Shown: positions 17,177-18,587 of the stretch, piece by piece
Layout of the letters: every line of letters starts with the position of its first letter
How positions within the stretch are numbered: position 1 is the stretch's first letter
Source: Gemmatimonadota bacterium
GTDB lineage: Bacteria; Latescibacterota; UBA2968; UBA8231
Assembly (NCBI GenBank): GCA_038153405.1
Contig: JAYOYH010000072.1
Span: forward strand, 1-18,587
DNA length: 18,587 nt
Direction of reading: 5' to 3'
Made by a program: the position numbers and the translations under genes
The notes under the pieces: generated by a model
What the model saw: the letters and a program-made list of their open reading frames with translations, nothing else
Databases searched by the model: none
What the model was told of the DNA's origin: nothing

Positions 17177-17512
17177 CTATTTGGCCATGTCCTTCAGCTT
17201 TTTCAGGGCCAACGCCTTGACCTGAACGCTGGCCGGCTTGGCGGCGACGTCCATGGTCTCGCCCGGGCGGAACGGGTTGGGCACGCCCTTCTGTGCTTTG
17301 CGGGCCGGCTTTTTGACGGTCTTGATCTTCAGCAGGCCCGGCAGCGTGAACTGGCCGACGGCGCCCTTTTTGACGTGGCGCTCAACCTGATCGGCCAGAT
17401 CGTCTAAGACGGCAGCGACGTCTTTTTTGGACAGACCCGTATTCTCGGCGAGCTCGGCGAGCAACTGCGTTTTAGTCATGGCTTCTTTCAAAGCCGTGGT
17501 CTTCTTTGCCAT
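17177..17512 (-). CDS. HU/IHF-family histone-like DNA-binding protein
   Basis: Start at ATG 17512 after SD GGAGG (111 aa). [30 protein letters not shown], arm NPFRPGE, AKPAS..VK. Strongly basic. Confidence 0.92.
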   Translation of the reverse strand: MAKKTTALKEAMTKTQLLAELAENTGLSKKDVAAVLDDLADQVERHVKKGAVGQFTLPGLLKIKTVKKPARKAQKGVPNPFRPGETMDVAAKPASVQVKALALKKLKDMAK

Positions 17513-17549
17513 TGTATTACCTCCCCAGGTAAGCGTGGTGTATGGTGAA

Positions 17550-17578
17550 AATCTAGCCGCATATGGCGGCCAATGCAA
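17550..17578 (-). promoter_or_regulatory. sigma70-like promoter for the HU-like gene
   Basis: Minus strand TTGCAT(17578-17573)-N17-TAGATT(17555-17550). The spacer holds a GCCGC-N5-GCGGC dyad. Confidence 0.6.
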
Positions 17579-17595
17579 GAGCCACATCGCTATTT

Positions 17596-17657
17596 ATAGG
17601 GTTTTTTTGGGTTTTTTTTCGAAAAAAAGCGAAAAAACCCTATTTTAGTAGGGTTTT
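17596..17657. repeat. Nested inverted repeats and phased A/T tracts upstream of the HU-like promoter
   Basis: ATAGGGTTTTTT(17596-17607) pairs with AAAAAACCCTAT(17632-17643). Inner perfect palindrome T7-CG-A7 (17613-17628). Third arm TAGGGTTTT (17649-17657). Confidence 0.8.
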
Positions 17658-17875
17658 CTGCTTTGATATACCATCTATTGCTGCAAAAATGGACGAGGTG
17701 GTCGAGAAACGTGGAGTATTTTTAGCCTTGTTCTGCAGTCAAACGGTATGTGCGGTGCCATTGGTGGGATTGCACTGCAAGCTGTCGCGGTGTGTCCGTG
17801 TACGACCGTGCGGCCTGCCCCGCGATATGGCGCGTAGGACCAATCGATGCGCCGGCGACCTAGTCGCTCACAGGA

Positions 17876-17904
17876 TTGGTTGGGTCGCCGATTGTGACTA
17901 TACT
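17876..17904 (+). promoter_or_regulatory. Possible sigma70-like promoter for the RidA-family gene
   Basis: TTGGTT-N17-TATACT, about 60 nt before ATG 17966. Confidence 0.4.
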
Positions 17905-17965
17905 TAGAGTCTATTTGCTGCGCCTATTTGATCGGGTGCGAAAACACTACAAAGGAGTGCTATAT

Positions 17966-18409
17966 ATGGGAGCTGAAGCCAAGGCCAGTGCGCTGGGTAT
18001 TGAATTTACTGACGACGCAGAAAAGGGCTATTTAAACATGGTTGCCCGCGTTGGCAACACGCTTTTTACATCGGGTCACGTATCCGTGATAAAGGGAAAA
18101 CTGGGAGCCGGTCTGGACGTCGAGCAGGGCTACGCAGCAGCGCGCGAATGCGGCGTGGCCATTCTCAAATCCGTACATCAGGAGGTGGGTAGCTTAGACG
18201 GGTTACGCGTAGTAAAGCTGTTGGGCATGGTCAACTCGGCGCTCGATTTTACCGATCAGCACCTCGTCGTCAACGGCATTTCCGATCTCTACCACGAGAT
18301 CTTTGGTAAAGAGGGCGACGGTTTTCACGCGCGCAGCGCGGTGGGATTTGCCCAGCTGCCTACGGGCGTGGCCGTCGAAGTCGAAGCGATTTTCGAACTG
18401 GCCGGATAA
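17966..18409 (+). CDS. RidA/YjgF/YER057c/UK114 family protein
   Basis: SD AAGGAG, then ATG 17966 (147 aa). GNTLFTSGH, VVKLLGMVNS..DFTDQHLVVNG.SD, HARSAVG..QLP..VAVEVEAIF, with the catalytic Arg present. Confidence 0.92.
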   Translation: MGAEAKASALGIEFTDDAEKGYLNMVARVGNTLFTSGHVSVIKGKLGAGLDVEQGYAAARECGVAILKSVHQEVGSLDGLRVVKLLGMVNSALDFTDQHLVVNGISDLYHEIFGKEGDGFHARSAVGFAQLPTGVAVEVEAIFELAG

Positions 18410-18436
18410 CAGGGTTTTATCTCTGGTGAGGGTGGG

Positions 18437-18466
18437 GCTTGCCCGTTCGGTCGGTATCGGGCAAGC
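18437..18466. terminator. Hairpin between convergent genes
   Basis: GCTTGCCCG-N12-CGGGCAAGC perfect 9-bp stem. No clear U-tract. Confidence 0.45.
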
Positions 18467-18478
18467 TGAGAACGCGTA

Positions 18479-18586
18479 CTATTTTGTTATGCGTTCAAAT
18501 ACGACGCGAGCGGTTTTTCGCAGCTCAACTTCGTCACCCAGGGCGTGTTCGGACACGGGCGCCACGACTGTCGCCGGGATATCGTC
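18479..18586 (-). CDS. 3' end of an unidentified gene entering from beyond the window
   Basis: Minus frame is open from the window edge (DDIPATVVAPVSEHALGDEVELRKTARVVFERITK*), with the stop just before the 18437-18466 hairpin. Confidence 0.5.
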   Translation of the reverse strand, partial: DDIPATVVAPVSEHALGDEVELRKTARVVFERITK

Positions 18587-18587
18587 G

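Noticed and set aside
17563..17907. 114-aa ORF in the HU/RidA intergenic region
   Set aside because: It runs through homopolymer tracts and both promoters, with low-complexity translation and no SD.

Overview
Moderately GC-rich bacterial chromosomal window, mostly housekeeping genes, with no CRISPR array, integrase or transposase. The 'FDDFFxFADxFG' dockerin-like tails suggest Candidatus Latescibacterota; that assignment is inference only. Minus strand at the left: tRNA-Val(CAC), tRNA-Ile2(CAT) and dnaG. Plus strand: two divergently transcribed paralogous secreted proteins (FN3 + SEA-like ferredoxin-fold module with a G-S-[IV]-I-[IV] motif, with or without two Ig/ASH-like domains, + paired EF-hand dockerin-like tail), then rho, Zn-free L31, prfA, prmC, radA, recA, a small Zn-ribbon protein, a hypothetical protein, hpt, an extended SDR, a membrane-anchored protein and a cNMP-REC regulator. 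Right end: SEC-C protein and HU-like protein (minus), RidA-family protein (plus), and the 3' end of a minus-strand gene. Most notable observations: (1) the tandem surface proteins with putative autoproteolytic SEA-like domains joined to dockerin-like anchors; (2) a recA with substitutions at normally conserved positions, preceded by an apparently complete sigma54 promoter architecture (UAS, IHF site, -24/-12) and followed by a Zn-ribbon gene instead of recX; (3) a long, highly structured rho leader. All motif and structure calls were made by eye, without database searches.
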